NCBI GenBank assembly: GCA_019306185.1
Contig: JAFDMD010000002.1
Span: 1 to 47,690, forward strand
Length of the DNA: 47,690 nt
From: Deltaproteobacteria bacterium
GTDB taxonomy: Bacteria; Desulfobacterota; Desulfobacteria; Desulfobacterales; JAFDMD01
Direction: 5' to 3'
Each line of letters starts with the position of its first letter. The stretch's first letter is position 1. Shown here piece after piece: positions 18,359 through 27,812 of this stretch. The notes under the pieces are model-generated. The model made no database searches, was not told the DNA's origin, and was given only the letters and a program-made list of their open reading frames with translations. Position numbers and translations under genes: made by a program.

Positions 18359-20560
18359 CTATCTATCAGCGCTAATATACTGTTCGGAAGCGCGGAAAAG
18401 AATTGCTTTATTTTGCGGGCTTAAATTTTCAAAAATAGGTTTCGGATTAACCGTATTGATATTTTCAAAACCTGCAAAGAGGCTGTTTGCGATTGTTTGG
18501 CAAAACCAGTTTTCGCGCTTTTGATTCGGATCAAACGTATCTGTTGTATCGGCTTTTATTCTTTTTTTTAAGATATTAAGCGGTTGAGCGTTCTTTGTTT
18601 CGTTATAATATCCGTTTTGCCCCTGTATAAGCTGTTCCAAAGCTATTGCGGTTTTTTGTTTGGGAAAATTTTGATAAAGTTGTTTCCATTCATCTTCGGT
18701 TCCGTTGTTATGCGCCAGATGTTTATAGCGCAGCTCCGCTATATTTATACCCAAATCGTTATCATATTCTTCGGAGTTTTTTTCAAAGAATAAGTCCGCC
18801 TCTTCAGATTCGGAATAGGAATAATGCCATGCTTGTTCTTTTATTACAAAAATATTGTCCGGATAATCTTTTTCAATCTCTTTTAAAAAATTATCGGCTT
18901 TTTTTGTATATTCGGCTTTTTTATTCTTTTCTTTTTCAAATACGCTTAACCCGCGGTATAAATTTATGCGTCCGATTTTTATTTCAATGTCCTCTTCGGT
19001 TAACTCGGTTTTTTGCAATTTATTAAAGTTATTATCAGGCGCTGCGGAATATATTTTATTTTTGCTATCTACAGCGCTATTAATAATATTATGTATATGC
19101 TTTTTTTTTTCTCCGGTGTCTTTTATATCTTTTAACCATAAAATATTATCTAATGCTCTTTTATAATGTTCGAAATCAGGAGATTGTTTTTCAAGCAATC
19201 GTTTATATATGGTTTCGGCTTCGTCCAACCTGTCTTGTTGAGATAAAAGCGTAGCAAGTCCTGTGCTGCATACCTCATCTTCGGGGAAATCTGCTATAGT
19301 TTCGCGATATACCGCTTCGGCTAAATTCGTTTCTCCGGTTTTAAAAAGATGATGCGCAAGATTATTTCTTATAAAATCATCTTCCGGAAATTTCCTTTTT
19401 GCCTTCCATAATATACTTTCCGCCTTTTTATATTCCTTTTTTTGCTTATGTATATTAGCTCTTAATATCCATATAAAAGGATCGTAAGGCTCCCATAAAT
19501 ATGCCTCTTCAGCCAACCTTTCGGCTATATCAATATTTATTTCCAAAAGAGCGTTGGCTGTTCTATGAAACGCCTTTACAAGATTTTTAGAGTAACCGGT
19601 ATTCATAGCATAATTTATGCTTTTTGAAATAAAGGTATTAAGCTGTTTTGTTTCGGACGGACTTTTTTTTAGCAGATTAATTATTCTGTCCGTTTCTTTT
19701 TGATTAGGATACTGTTGCGGCTTATAGGATTTTTTTACTTTATCGGATGAATTAAGCTTTTTATGAAAGTTCGGAAGAACAGAGTTAAGCCATTTTACCG
19801 CAGTCTTGTTTTGTTCGTTTGTTGCCAAAGGGATAAATTTTTTTATCCAATACTGTTCGGTTCTTGGGTAAAGCCCCATAATAGAGGATAATTTTAATGT
19901 CCAAAACTCTTTTGCCTTTTTAAGATTATAAGGTTGATTTTTTTTAAGGGCTTTTGCCAGATCAAAAAAACTTTTTAATACTATGTCTCCAATATCGCCG
20001 GGCGGGCTGCCGTCTTTTTCCGGCATTATTCTAATCCCGAGTATAGCAATAGAGGCATAATCTGTAGGCATATCTTCTTGCATGTTTATAATTTTAAACC
20101 ACAAAGGCATAAGGCTTTGATTTTTTTGCCCGCGGGCAAGCATTCTTAATAAAGAGCCTTCCGGGTCGTTGCCGCTTCCTTTATATAAACTTTTAAGCCA
20201 GATTCTATCCTCTATATATTTTTTACAGGCAAACTTGTAAGATTTATTAAGTTTTAGTCTGTCTATTGTTATAAATACCTGAGACAATAATGCAGACCAG
20301 CGCGCAAGCGGCATTGAAGAAGGAACTTTTCCCCAGTTTTTTTGAAGCCATTCGCATATTGCGTTATCTAATAAATCGGCTTTACTTGTATGAAAAATAC
20401 GAAATAATATTTCGCTTATTTCGTTTCTATTAAGCGCGCCCATATATACGCGGCGCATAAGCAGATTATCCAAAGAGGTTAAAGGCTCTTTTTCAAAATC
20501 AAGCTCCCATTTTATAACCGCAGGATTTTTGCTTCCCGGTTTTTTATTGGTATTTTCCAT
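18359..20560 (-). CDS. Large TPR-containing protein, function unknown
   Basis: 733 aa. Consecutive TPR-like units in the middle (AERLAEEAYLWEPYD, AESILWKAKRKFPED, AEAVYRETIADFPED, AETIYKRLL) and a Trp-rich helical N-terminus. Confidence 0.8.
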   Translation of the reverse strand: MENTNKKPGSKNPAVIKWELDFEKEPLTSLDNLLMRRVYMGALNRNEISEILFRIFHTSKADLLDNAICEWLQKNWGKVPSSMPLARWSALLSQVFITIDRLKLNKSYKFACKKYIEDRIWLKSLYKGSGNDPEGSLLRMLARGQKNQSLMPLWFKIINMQEDMPTDYASIAILGIRIMPEKDGSPPGDIGDIVLKSFFDLAKALKKNQPYNLKKAKEFWTLKLSSIMGLYPRTEQYWIKKFIPLATNEQNKTAVKWLNSVLPNFHKKLNSSDKVKKSYKPQQYPNQKETDRIINLLKKSPSETKQLNTFISKSINYAMNTGYSKNLVKAFHRTANALLEINIDIAERLAEEAYLWEPYDPFIWILRANIHKQKKEYKKAESILWKAKRKFPEDDFIRNNLAHHLFKTGETNLAEAVYRETIADFPEDEVCSTGLATLLSQQDRLDEAETIYKRLLEKQSPDFEHYKRALDNILWLKDIKDTGEKKKHIHNIINSAVDSKNKIYSAAPDNNFNKLQKTELTEEDIEIKIGRINLYRGLSVFEKEKNKKAEYTKKADNFLKEIEKDYPDNIFVIKEQAWHYSYSESEEADLFFEKNSEEYDNDLGINIAELRYKHLAHNNGTEDEWKQLYQNFPKQKTAIALEQLIQGQNGYYNETKNAQPLNILKKRIKADTTDTFDPNQKRENWFCQTIANSLFAGFENINTVNPKPIFENLSPQNKAILFRASEQYISADR

Positions 20561-20589
20561 TTTGATATATTCGGCTCTAATTATAAATG

Positions 20590-21540
20590 TTATTTTTTAT
20601 TGATTTCATTTATGTTTTTTAATCCGTTTTTAAGCAGGTTTAAATGAAACCCTCGGATATTTTCACATTTTTCGGCAGAAGAAGAATCTATTTCGCCTAT
20701 GCGGTAAATATGAGTATCTTTATATTCTATAAAACTATGGAGTATTTCTTTGTTAAAATAGTATGCGGATTCCTTTGTTGCGCTGAGGTTTAAAGTCTGT
20801 CCTTCTTCGGAACTTGAACTTGTAGGGAAAAAGAATTCTGAAAAACCGGAATCAAGAACCGTAGGTATCGAAAATCCGTTTTTTTTTTGATAACTTAAAA
20901 CTTCGGAAACTCTGTATCTGAGAAGCAATACCGGAATGTTTTCTCCAGTTTCTGGGGCGTAATGCCCTAATCCCAGTCTGTCTCTTAATAGGTTTGCCCA
21001 GTTTTTATTTTGATTGTCGAATATATTTTTTATTTCTCCCCAAAAGCCTGCAAATATGGGGCGTTTATCTCTTTTTAAATTCCAAGAATTCAAAAAGTCA
21101 TGCAAGGTTTTTTCCCGATTATTTTCGGAAGGCGGTTTGCCTGTTTCGGAAATTTTGTTTAATATATTGAATAATTCGGCTTCCTCGTCTTTAAAGTCGG
21201 TTAAAGATATTGCTCCGTTTAAGTTTTCAAGCCTTACTAAATATTGATTTTTATCTATTTGGTTAAGAAAGTTTATATAGTTTATTTTTGTAAAGGTTTC
21301 GGGCCGTTTATTTTTATTCTGTTCTATATAAATTTTTCGGTGCAGATAATTCTCATGCTCAAATTGCCAGTCTCCGAATTTTTCGCTATCATCTTTAATG
21401 AATTCCGAATAAACCTCTTCCCGCTTTTTTTGTAATCTTTCTTCCAAAATAAAATTTTCAGCTATAAAACTATCGGAGCCTGATAAGGATGCTATATTTT
21501 TTAAGTTGTTATAAAAATTTTTATATTCTTTAAACGCCAT
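20590..21540 (-). CDS. Hypothetical protein with a predicted ADP-ribosyltransferase-like fold
   Basis: 316-aa intact ORF. The order YLVRLE / RPIFAGF / LRDRLGLGHY / VLLLRY / IPTVLD / FFP..GQT / KEILH / IYRIG matches ART strand topology. Fold is inferred by eye. Confidence 0.6.
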   Translation of the reverse strand: MAFKEYKNFYNNLKNIASLSGSDSFIAENFILEERLQKKREEVYSEFIKDDSEKFGDWQFEHENYLHRKIYIEQNKNKRPETFTKINYINFLNQIDKNQYLVRLENLNGAISLTDFKDEEAELFNILNKISETGKPPSENNREKTLHDFLNSWNLKRDKRPIFAGFWGEIKNIFDNQNKNWANLLRDRLGLGHYAPETGENIPVLLLRYRVSEVLSYQKKNGFSIPTVLDSGFSEFFFPTSSSSEEGQTLNLSATKESAYYFNKEILHSFIEYKDTHIYRIGEIDSSSAEKCENIRGFHLNLLKNGLKNINEINKK

Positions 21541-21594
21541 TTTTTATTCCGTATATGTTTTTAAAGTAGATATTAAACCCATTTTATTGCTTTT

Positions 21595-22437
21595 TCAAGT
21601 TAAAAAGAGTCTGTTACTTAAGCTGACAAATTCTTCTATTGTAAGGGTTTCGCCGCGGCGGGTAGGATCTATTTCGGCATCTTGAAGAGCTTTGATGCAG
21701 ATTTGCGGCTCTATGTTGAGAACGCCGCTTTTTGTAAGGGTGTTTTTTAAATTTTTACGGCGCTGGGCAAAACCGGCTTTTATTACGGAGAATAAAAATT
21801 TTTCATCCGCAGCTTTTATAGGGTAATTTTTTAAAAAATCTATTTTTATAATGGCAGAATCTACTTTCGGCTTTGGATAAAAAAGATGAGAGTCCACATT
21901 GCAAAGTTTGGTTGTTTTACTACAGTAATTTAGCATTGCGGTAAGCCTGCCGTAATCTTTTGTTTTGGGTTTGGCGAGAAGTCTTTGAACTGTTTCTTTT
22001 TGCAGCATAATAACCGCTTTTTTTATTATATCTCTGTTGTTTATAAGTTTTACTATTATTTGAGAAGATATTTTATACGGGAGGTTTCCGATTACTATAA
22101 TTTTTTGTTTGTTTTTACATAGGCTGTTTATATCAAAGTATAATATGTCATTATTGATTAATTCTATATTTGAAAAGCCTTTTTTGATAATTTGATGGTT
22201 TAATATGTTTATAAGTTTTGTATCTTTTTCTACGGCATAAACTTTTTTAACCGTAGAAGCTATGGGAAAGGTAAGTCCGCCAAGCCCGGGACCTATTTCG
22301 AGAATAGTATCTTGGGGCAGCAGTTCGGCTTTTTTTATTATCATGTTTGCAGTGGACGGATCGGTTAAGAAATTTTGCCCCAAATTTTTATTCGGTTTTA
22401 CTTTATATTGAAATATCGGCTTTAAAACTGACGTCAT
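21595..22437 (-). CDS. rsmA: 16S rRNA (adenine1518/1519-N6)-dimethyltransferase
   Basis: LGQNFL, LEIGPGLG, GNLPY, MLQKE, FYPKPKVDSA, RRGETL. Confidence 0.97.
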   Translation of the reverse strand: MTSVLKPIFQYKVKPNKNLGQNFLTDPSTANMIIKKAELLPQDTILEIGPGLGGLTFPIASTVKKVYAVEKDTKLINILNHQIIKKGFSNIELINNDILYFDINSLCKNKQKIIVIGNLPYKISSQIIVKLINNRDIIKKAVIMLQKETVQRLLAKPKTKDYGRLTAMLNYCSKTTKLCNVDSHLFYPKPKVDSAIIKIDFLKNYPIKAADEKFLFSVIKAGFAQRRKNLKNTLTKSGVLNIEPQICIKALQDAEIDPTRRGETLTIEEFVSLSNRLFLT

Positions 22438-22925
22438 TTTTTTATGCTTTTTATTTTTATAAATGCTTTTTTTGTTACAAAATAGGCAATAACAGCCGGA
22501 ATTATTCCTAATATCGCTCCTCCGGCAAACATTGCCGCGGCTATATCGGTTCCGTAATTAAGCGTTTCGGCGATGCTTATTTTTTTTATGTCAAAAGTAT
22601 GGATATCTTTTAAACATATAGAACCTATTTTATAGCTTCCCCAATATATAAAGGGTATGGTTAAAGGGTTGCTGAATAATGAGCCTATTGCGGCGGCGGC
22701 TTTGCTTGCGCGCAGTATAAAGGCAAGCCCTATTGCAAAAAAGGTTTGAAAAGGAAATGTGGGCGTTGCCGCCACAAAAACTCCTGCAGCCATACCGAGA
22801 GCTATATAATGCGGATCGCCTTGAAGGTTTTTTATTTTTTTTTTAAGTTTTTGAAAGTATTTTTTCAAATAGTTTTCCGTTATTGCAAAGCCTTTTATCC
22901 GCCTATTGCAGACATTTGCCCGCAT
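22434..22925 (-). CDS. DUF2062 membrane protein
   Basis: GDPHYIALGMAAGVF, SNPLTIPFIY; exact start uncertain. Confidence 0.8.
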   Translation of the reverse strand: MRANVCNRRIKGFAITENYLKKYFQKLKKKIKNLQGDPHYIALGMAAGVFVAATPTFPFQTFFAIGLAFILRASKAAAAIGSLFSNPLTIPFIYWGSYKIGSICLKDIHTFDIKKISIAETLNYGTDIAAAMFAGGAILGIIPAVIAYFVTKKAFIKIKSIKK

Positions 22926-23884
22926 GCGCCGATTGCTTGATTTGCGGCGGTCAGATTATGTTTTTTCGGTTTTTCGGATACCGCGGTTAATATTACTTCG
23001 ATTATTTCGTCGTCCGAAGCCCCGGCTCGCATTAAAACCGCTAAATCCGTTTCATCCGGCGAAAGCAGACATGTTCTAAGGGCTCCTTTTGCAGTTAATC
23101 TTAATCTGTTGCAATCCGCGCAAAAATGTCGGCTTATGGGAGATATAAAACCTATTTCTCCTTTTGCGCCGTTCGGTTTATAAAGTTTTGCAGGTCCCGC
23201 GTTTTTATCTCGTTTTATTTCGTAAAGTTTGCCTACGGAGGCTATTTTTTCCATTATTTGTTCGGTTAATATTAAGTGTTTTTTGCCGTTTTTTTCTGTC
23301 GCGCTAATCGGCATATATTCTATAAAACGTATCTGAAACGGATAATCAAATGTAAGCTTTGCAAAATCTATCAGCTCGTTATCATTTATTCCTTTTAAAG
23401 CCACAACATTTATTTTTATAGGATTAAATCCCAATTCATAAGCTGTTATTATGCCGTCCCATACTTTTTCAAAACCTTTTTTTCCTGTAATTTTTTCAAA
23501 TTTTTTATTTTTAAGAGTATCTAAACTTATGTTAATTCTTTTTATTCCGGCATCTTTTATTTTATCAATATTGTTTTTTAATAAAACTCCGTTTGTAGTA
23601 AGAGATATATCTTTTAATTTTTTAAATTCGGATAAGCGTTTTAAAAAATCATATACTCCTTTGCGGACCAAAGGCTCGCCCCCGGTTACTCTTACTTTTT
23701 TAATGCCGAGTTTTATAAATATTTTAAGCAGCCGAATTATCTCTTCGTATCTAAGTATTTTATTGTGAGTAAGTTTCGGAACGGCGATGTTCGGCTTGCA
23801 ATACAAACAATTAAGATTGCATCTGTCTGTAATTGATATTCTAATATAATTAAGGTTTCTGTTATGGTTGTCTATTAACGGCAT
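22895..23884 (-). CDS. moaA: GTP 3',8-cyclase (molybdenum cofactor biosynthesis)
   Basis: RISITDRCNLNCLYC, TGGEPL, FCADCNRLR, C-terminal MSAIGG. Confidence 0.97.
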   Translation of the reverse strand: MPLIDNHNRNLNYIRISITDRCNLNCLYCKPNIAVPKLTHNKILRYEEIIRLLKIFIKLGIKKVRVTGGEPLVRKGVYDFLKRLSEFKKLKDISLTTNGVLLKNNIDKIKDAGIKRINISLDTLKNKKFEKITGKKGFEKVWDGIITAYELGFNPIKINVVALKGINDNELIDFAKLTFDYPFQIRFIEYMPISATEKNGKKHLILTEQIMEKIASVGKLYEIKRDKNAGPAKLYKPNGAKGEIGFISPISRHFCADCNRLRLTAKGALRTCLLSPDETDLAVLMRAGASDDEIIEVILTAVSEKPKKHNLTAANQAIGACGQMSAIGG

Positions 23885-23888
23885 TTTT

Positions 23889-25412
23889 TTAATCTTTTAT
23901 GTTTTCGGCTTTTAAAATTTCTTGGCATAACCCGTCTATTGTAAATTTTTTTGCTTCTATGCTCACTTTAAAACCGAGTTTTTTTGCGGTTTCGGTAGTA
24001 ACGGGTCCTATGCTTGCTATTTTTATGTTTTTTGTAAGTTCATCGAATTTTTCTTCCTGTATTAAGGCTTTGAAATTTTTAACGGTAGAAGAGCTTGTAA
24101 ATGTAATTATATTTATTTTTTTATTTTCAAGCATTGCTATAAGTTCGTTTATATTTTTTTTTGAAGGCTCGGTTTTATAAGATATTATTTCTTGTACTAT
24201 TGCTCCCATTTTTTTTAGTTGTTCCGGAAGTATTGTTCTTGCTTCTTTTGCTCTTGGCAGCAGTATTTTTTTATCTTTTATATTATAATGCGAAAAAGCC
24301 TCTATTATGGATTCCGCAACGTAGCTTTTGGGTATTATATCACTTTTTATGCCGTAGTTTTTAAGTTTTTCCGCTGTTGCGGGCCCTATTGACGCTGTGT
24401 TTAAACCTCCTAATGCTCTAGAATCTAATTTTTGTTTAAATAATCTTTCAAAAAAGGAGGTTACTCCGTTTACGCTTGTAAATATTATCCACTGATAAGA
24501 ATTAAGTTTTTCCAAAGCGGTATCTAACGGTTTGTAATCCGGAGCGGGCATTATTTGTATTGTCGGATATTGAACGCATAATGCTCCGAGTCGGTTTAAT
24601 TTTTTTACAAGTTCGCTTGCCTGATGTCTTGCTCTTGTAACAAGTACTGTTTTACCAAAAAGAGGACGTTTTTCGTACCAGTTAAGCGTATCTTTTAAAG
24701 TTGCTACTTTTCCTATTAATATTATTGCCGGCGCTTTTATTCCGGCTTTTTTAACGTTTTGAGCTATGGTGTCTAATGTTCCGGTTACGGTTTTTTGTTT
24801 GGGCGTAGTTCCCCATCTTATAACCGCTGCTGGAGTTTCGGAATTCATTTGGTTGTTTTTTAATTGTTTTACTATGTTAGGGAGATTTTTTACTCCCATA
24901 AGAAATACAAGGGTTCCTATTTTGGTTAATGCCGCCCAGTTTATTGAGGTTGTTTCTTTTTCCGGGTTTTCGTGTCCGGTTATAAAGGCTATTGTGGAAG
25001 TGAATTTTCTGTGTGATAGGGGTATGCCCGCATAAGCGGGTGCGGCTATAGCGGATGTAACTCCGGGTATTATTTCAAAATCTATTCCCGCTTTTTTAAG
25101 TTCTTCCGCCTCTTCTCCGCCTCTGCCGAATATAAACGGGTCGCCTCCTTTTAATCTTGCCACTATGTTGTTTTGTTTTGCTTTTTGTATAAGGAGTTTA
25201 TTTATTTTATTTTGCGAAAGGGTATGAGCCCCCCCTTTTTTTCCTACATATATTATTTCGGCTGTCTCGGATGCGTATTGTAAAAGTTCCGAGGACGCAA
25301 GATAATCGTATATTATAATATCCGCTTTTTTGATGCTTTGTTTTCCTTTTACGGTTATTAATTCGGGGTCTCCGGGGCCGGCTCCTATTAAATATACTTT
25401 TTTGTCGCTCAT
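23889..25412 (-). CDS. cobA: Fused uroporphyrinogen-III C-methyltransferase / uroporphyrinogen-III synthase
   Basis: GAGPGDPELIT, RLKGGDPFIFGRGGEE, followed by a HemD domain (LVTRA, FTSVNGV, FTSSSTV). Confidence 0.95.
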   Translation of the reverse strand: MSDKKVYLIGAGPGDPELITVKGKQSIKKADIIIYDYLASSELLQYASETAEIIYVGKKGGAHTLSQNKINKLLIQKAKQNNIVARLKGGDPFIFGRGGEEAEELKKAGIDFEIIPGVTSAIAAPAYAGIPLSHRKFTSTIAFITGHENPEKETTSINWAALTKIGTLVFLMGVKNLPNIVKQLKNNQMNSETPAAVIRWGTTPKQKTVTGTLDTIAQNVKKAGIKAPAIILIGKVATLKDTLNWYEKRPLFGKTVLVTRARHQASELVKKLNRLGALCVQYPTIQIMPAPDYKPLDTALEKLNSYQWIIFTSVNGVTSFFERLFKQKLDSRALGGLNTASIGPATAEKLKNYGIKSDIIPKSYVAESIIEAFSHYNIKDKKILLPRAKEARTILPEQLKKMGAIVQEIISYKTEPSKKNINELIAMLENKKINIITFTSSSTVKNFKALIQEEKFDELTKNIKIASIGPVTTETAKKLGFKVSIEAKKFTIDGLCQEILKAENIKD

Positions 25413-25431
25413 TGTTTTTATTTCTTTATTT

Positions 25432-25524
25432 GTTTATGAGATTTCTCCTCGCTGCGCTCGTTGACATTATACGGTAAAAAAAAATACTTCCTGTCGAGTA
25501 AAGTGAGAAATCCCTTTATTATTT
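25432..25524 (-). repeat. Intergenic repeat family B, copy 2
   Basis: Reverse complement aligns with 12339-12435 over almost its whole length. Confidence 0.85.
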
Positions 25525-25529
25525 TGATT

Positions 25530-25674
25530 AAATAGCGTTGCATAACAAAGTGGTTTGTTCGTTTTCGAGGCTTGTAGAAATTTTAACCGACAAGCTTACG
25601 AAATATAAGTTGAGGATTAAAATTTGAGCATAACGCCGAGAACGTACAAGATACGGAGTTATGCAACGCTATTT
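25530..25674. mobile_element. MITE-like repeat family A, best-preserved copy
   Basis: Perfect 17-bp terminal inverted repeats AAATAGCGTTGCATAAC / GTTATGCAACGCTATTT and an internal IR AAATTTTAACC / GGATTAAAATTT; no coding capacity. Confidence 0.8.
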
Positions 25675-26591
25675 TTTATTTCTTGTAATATGTCATCCGC
25701 TCCCATATCAATTAGCTTTTCCGCAAGCTTTAAACCGAGTTTTGCCGCATCTTTTAAATTTCCGTTGATTTGGTTTTTTATTATTATTTTGCCGGAAGTG
25801 TTCGCTATAAGTCCGGTTAATGCGTATTTATTATTGTTTGCTTTTCCGAAAGCGGCTATTGGTATTTGGCAGTCGCCTTCAAGTTTATGTAAAAGCGCTC
25901 TTTCTCCGGCAACCTCGTATTGAGTTGTTTCGGAATTTAATTTTTCCGCAACGGACAGGATTTTATTATCTTCTTGTCTTATTTGAACGCATAAAGCGCC
26001 TTGTCCTGCCGCCGGCAGTATTATTTCGGGATCGATATATTCGGCGATATGTTTTTGGTATCCGAGTCTTTTTATGCCTGCCGCCGCTAATATTATGCCG
26101 TCTATTGCTTCGGTTTGAAGCTTTTTTAATCTGGTATCCAGATTTCCTCTTAAGGGGCTTATTTTCAGATCCGGTCTATAAAAAAGAATCTGAGTGGCCC
26201 TTCTTAAAGAACTTGTGCCTATAACGGCTCCGGTTTTTAATTCCGAAAGTTTTATGTTGTTTTTTGAAACTAATATGTCTTGCGGATTTTCTCTTTTCGG
26301 AATAGCTCCTATACATAATCCGTTCGGCATTACTGACGGCATATCTTTTAAGCTGTGAACGGCTATATCTATTTGGTTATTAAGTAGGGCAAGTTCTATT
26401 TCTTTTACAAATAGCCCTTTGCCTCCTATTTTTGCCAAAGGAACATCTGTTATTATGTCTCCTTTGGTTTTAATTGTTGTTACGGTTACGTTGTATTGTG
26501 GATTTAGTTTTTCTATTTCCGATTTTATATATCCCGCTTGCCATAACGCAAGTCTGCTTCCTCTGGTTCCGATTTTTATTTGCCGTGTCAT
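25659..26591 (-). CDS. hemC: Hydroxymethylbilane synthase
   Basis: IGTRGSRLALWQA, GKGLFVKE, AVHSLKD, GTSSLRR, RGNLDTR, LEGDCQIP. Confidence 0.98.
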   Translation of the reverse strand: MTRQIKIGTRGSRLALWQAGYIKSEIEKLNPQYNVTVTTIKTKGDIITDVPLAKIGGKGLFVKEIELALLNNQIDIAVHSLKDMPSVMPNGLCIGAIPKRENPQDILVSKNNIKLSELKTGAVIGTSSLRRATQILFYRPDLKISPLRGNLDTRLKKLQTEAIDGIILAAAGIKRLGYQKHIAEYIDPEIILPAAGQGALCVQIRQEDNKILSVAEKLNSETTQYEVAGERALLHKLEGDCQIPIAAFGKANNNKYALTGLIANTSGKIIIKNQINGNLKDAAKLGLKLAEKLIDMGADDILQEIKNSVA

Positions 26592-26595
26592 AATT

Positions 26596-26832
26596 TTAAT
26601 GCCCGCATGTAGAACAACTTGCAGCGGAACAGGAACTGCATGCCGATGCTGCTGATGCCGCGCTTTTTATAGTTTCGCCTCCGCTTCCTTTGGTAAAGAA
26701 TCCACAGGAAGATAGCATTTTTTTTATTTGTTCGCTTTCGCATTTAGGGCAGTTTCGGGGACCTTTGCCGCCTATTGCCAGATATTCAAAGTTGTTTCCA
26801 CATTTTTGGCATTTGTATTCGTATATAGGCAT
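26596..26832 (-). CDS. FmdB-family zinc-ribbon protein
   Basis: MPIYEYKCQKC...CPKC and a Cys-rich tail; AAGGAG RBS before the ATG at 26832. Confidence 0.88.
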   Translation of the reverse strand: MPIYEYKCQKCGNNFEYLAIGGKGPRNCPKCESEQIKKMLSSCGFFTKGSGGETIKSAASAASACSSCSAASCSTCGH

Positions 26833-26925
26833 AATTCTGTTATTTCTCCTTTGTCTGAATTCTACTGCATAACTGCGTGGTTTGTTATGCAGCAAACTTT
26901 TCTTTTATATTTTATAAGTAAGTTG

Positions 26926-27039
26926 TTAATGTTTTCTATCTATTCAATAATTCGGTTTTCTATGCTGATGCGCTACGGCAATTATGAATATTTCCGCTTC
27001 TTCAATAGAATATAGAAGTTTGTAAGGAAATTTATGAAG
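26926..27039 (-). pseudogene. C-terminal remnant of a RelE/ParE toxin
   Basis: Reads LHKFPYKLLYSIEEAEIFIIAVAHQHRKPNY*IDRKH*. The N-terminal half is missing and the conserved Trp is now TGA. Confidence 0.8.
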
Positions 27040-27235
27040 TAAACATTTCCTCCATAGGAATTTCGGCGAGTTTTCCCTCTCTATATGCTATAAGTCTTTT
27101 TTCAGCCTTTTTTGCCCATATTTCATCTGATTGATGATCAGGACTATCAAGGCTTTTCAATAAACCTTCGACGAGCATAAATCGTTCTTCCGGTTTAAGC
27201 TCTATTGCCCGCCTTAAAATTTTTTTACCGCCCAT
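27032..27235 (-). CDS. Putative addiction-module antitoxin (TIGR02574-like)
   Basis: LKPEERFMLVEGLLKSLD...WAKKAEKRLIAYREG...IPMEEM. Confidence 0.85.
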   Translation of the reverse strand: MGGKKILRRAIELKPEERFMLVEGLLKSLDSPDHQSDEIWAKKAEKRLIAYREGKLAEIPMEEMFTS

Positions 27236-27518
27236 AATTATTCTGCCTCGCTATTTATTAAAATAAGTAAGTTATTAATTTTTTACTGTTATAATTTTTT
27301 TTAACGGTTATCTTAAAATATTAATTTTTTTTGCCTTTTTATATCTCTTTATCAAAAATTTTGCAACATTACATCTTTTTTTTAACTTGCCCGATTAGTT
27401 TCCATAAAAAATTTTTTCGGGTAATTAATTTTATTCCAAAGGTCAAGAAAAACTTTTGCCGAATGTCTACCCGAAATATTTGCTTGAAAAAATAATTATA
27501 AAAAGTTAGAAGCCTAAA

Positions 27519-27764
27519 AGATTGCGCTAGGCGGGGAGCCAGCGGTGCCCTGTAACCCGAAATCCGCTTTATGCGGGGCCGAAGTCCTCCCTAAGGGCAT
27601 TTACTTAATAAACGAATAGATTATCTTGGAAGCCGCGTAACGAATGCTTACGAACCTCGTCAGGTCCGGAAGGAAGCAGCGATAAGTATGAATATTCGGG
27701 TAGCGGACAATTTCGGGATAAGCTGTTGTTTGTTAATAGAAGCTCGTAAGGAGGCGCGCAATCT
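27519..27764 (+). ncRNA. ffs: Large bacterial SRP RNA with Alu domain
   Basis: S-domain TCAGGTCCGGAAGGAAGCAGC at about 27660. The 5' GCTAGGCGGGGAGCCAGCGGTGCCCTGTAACCCGAAATCCGCT resembles Bacillus scRNA, and the ends AGATTGCGC / GCGCAATCT pair. Confidence 0.93.
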
Positions 27765-27812
27765 AATCTTTTTAAAATATATCCTTATATCGGACGGAGA
27801 TACAAATCTCTT

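Noticed and set aside
26833-26895. 21-aa N-terminal extension of the FmdB protein in the ORF track
   Set aside because: It derives from a repeat hairpin. The RBS and family consensus place the start at MPIYEY (26832).
26944-26946. TGA read as Trp (alternative genetic code), suggested by TGA at a conserved Trp in the RelE/ParE remnant
   Set aside because: folK, rsmA, cooC and MNT end in TGA at expected positions and intact genes use TGG for Trp. The toxin is independently truncated.
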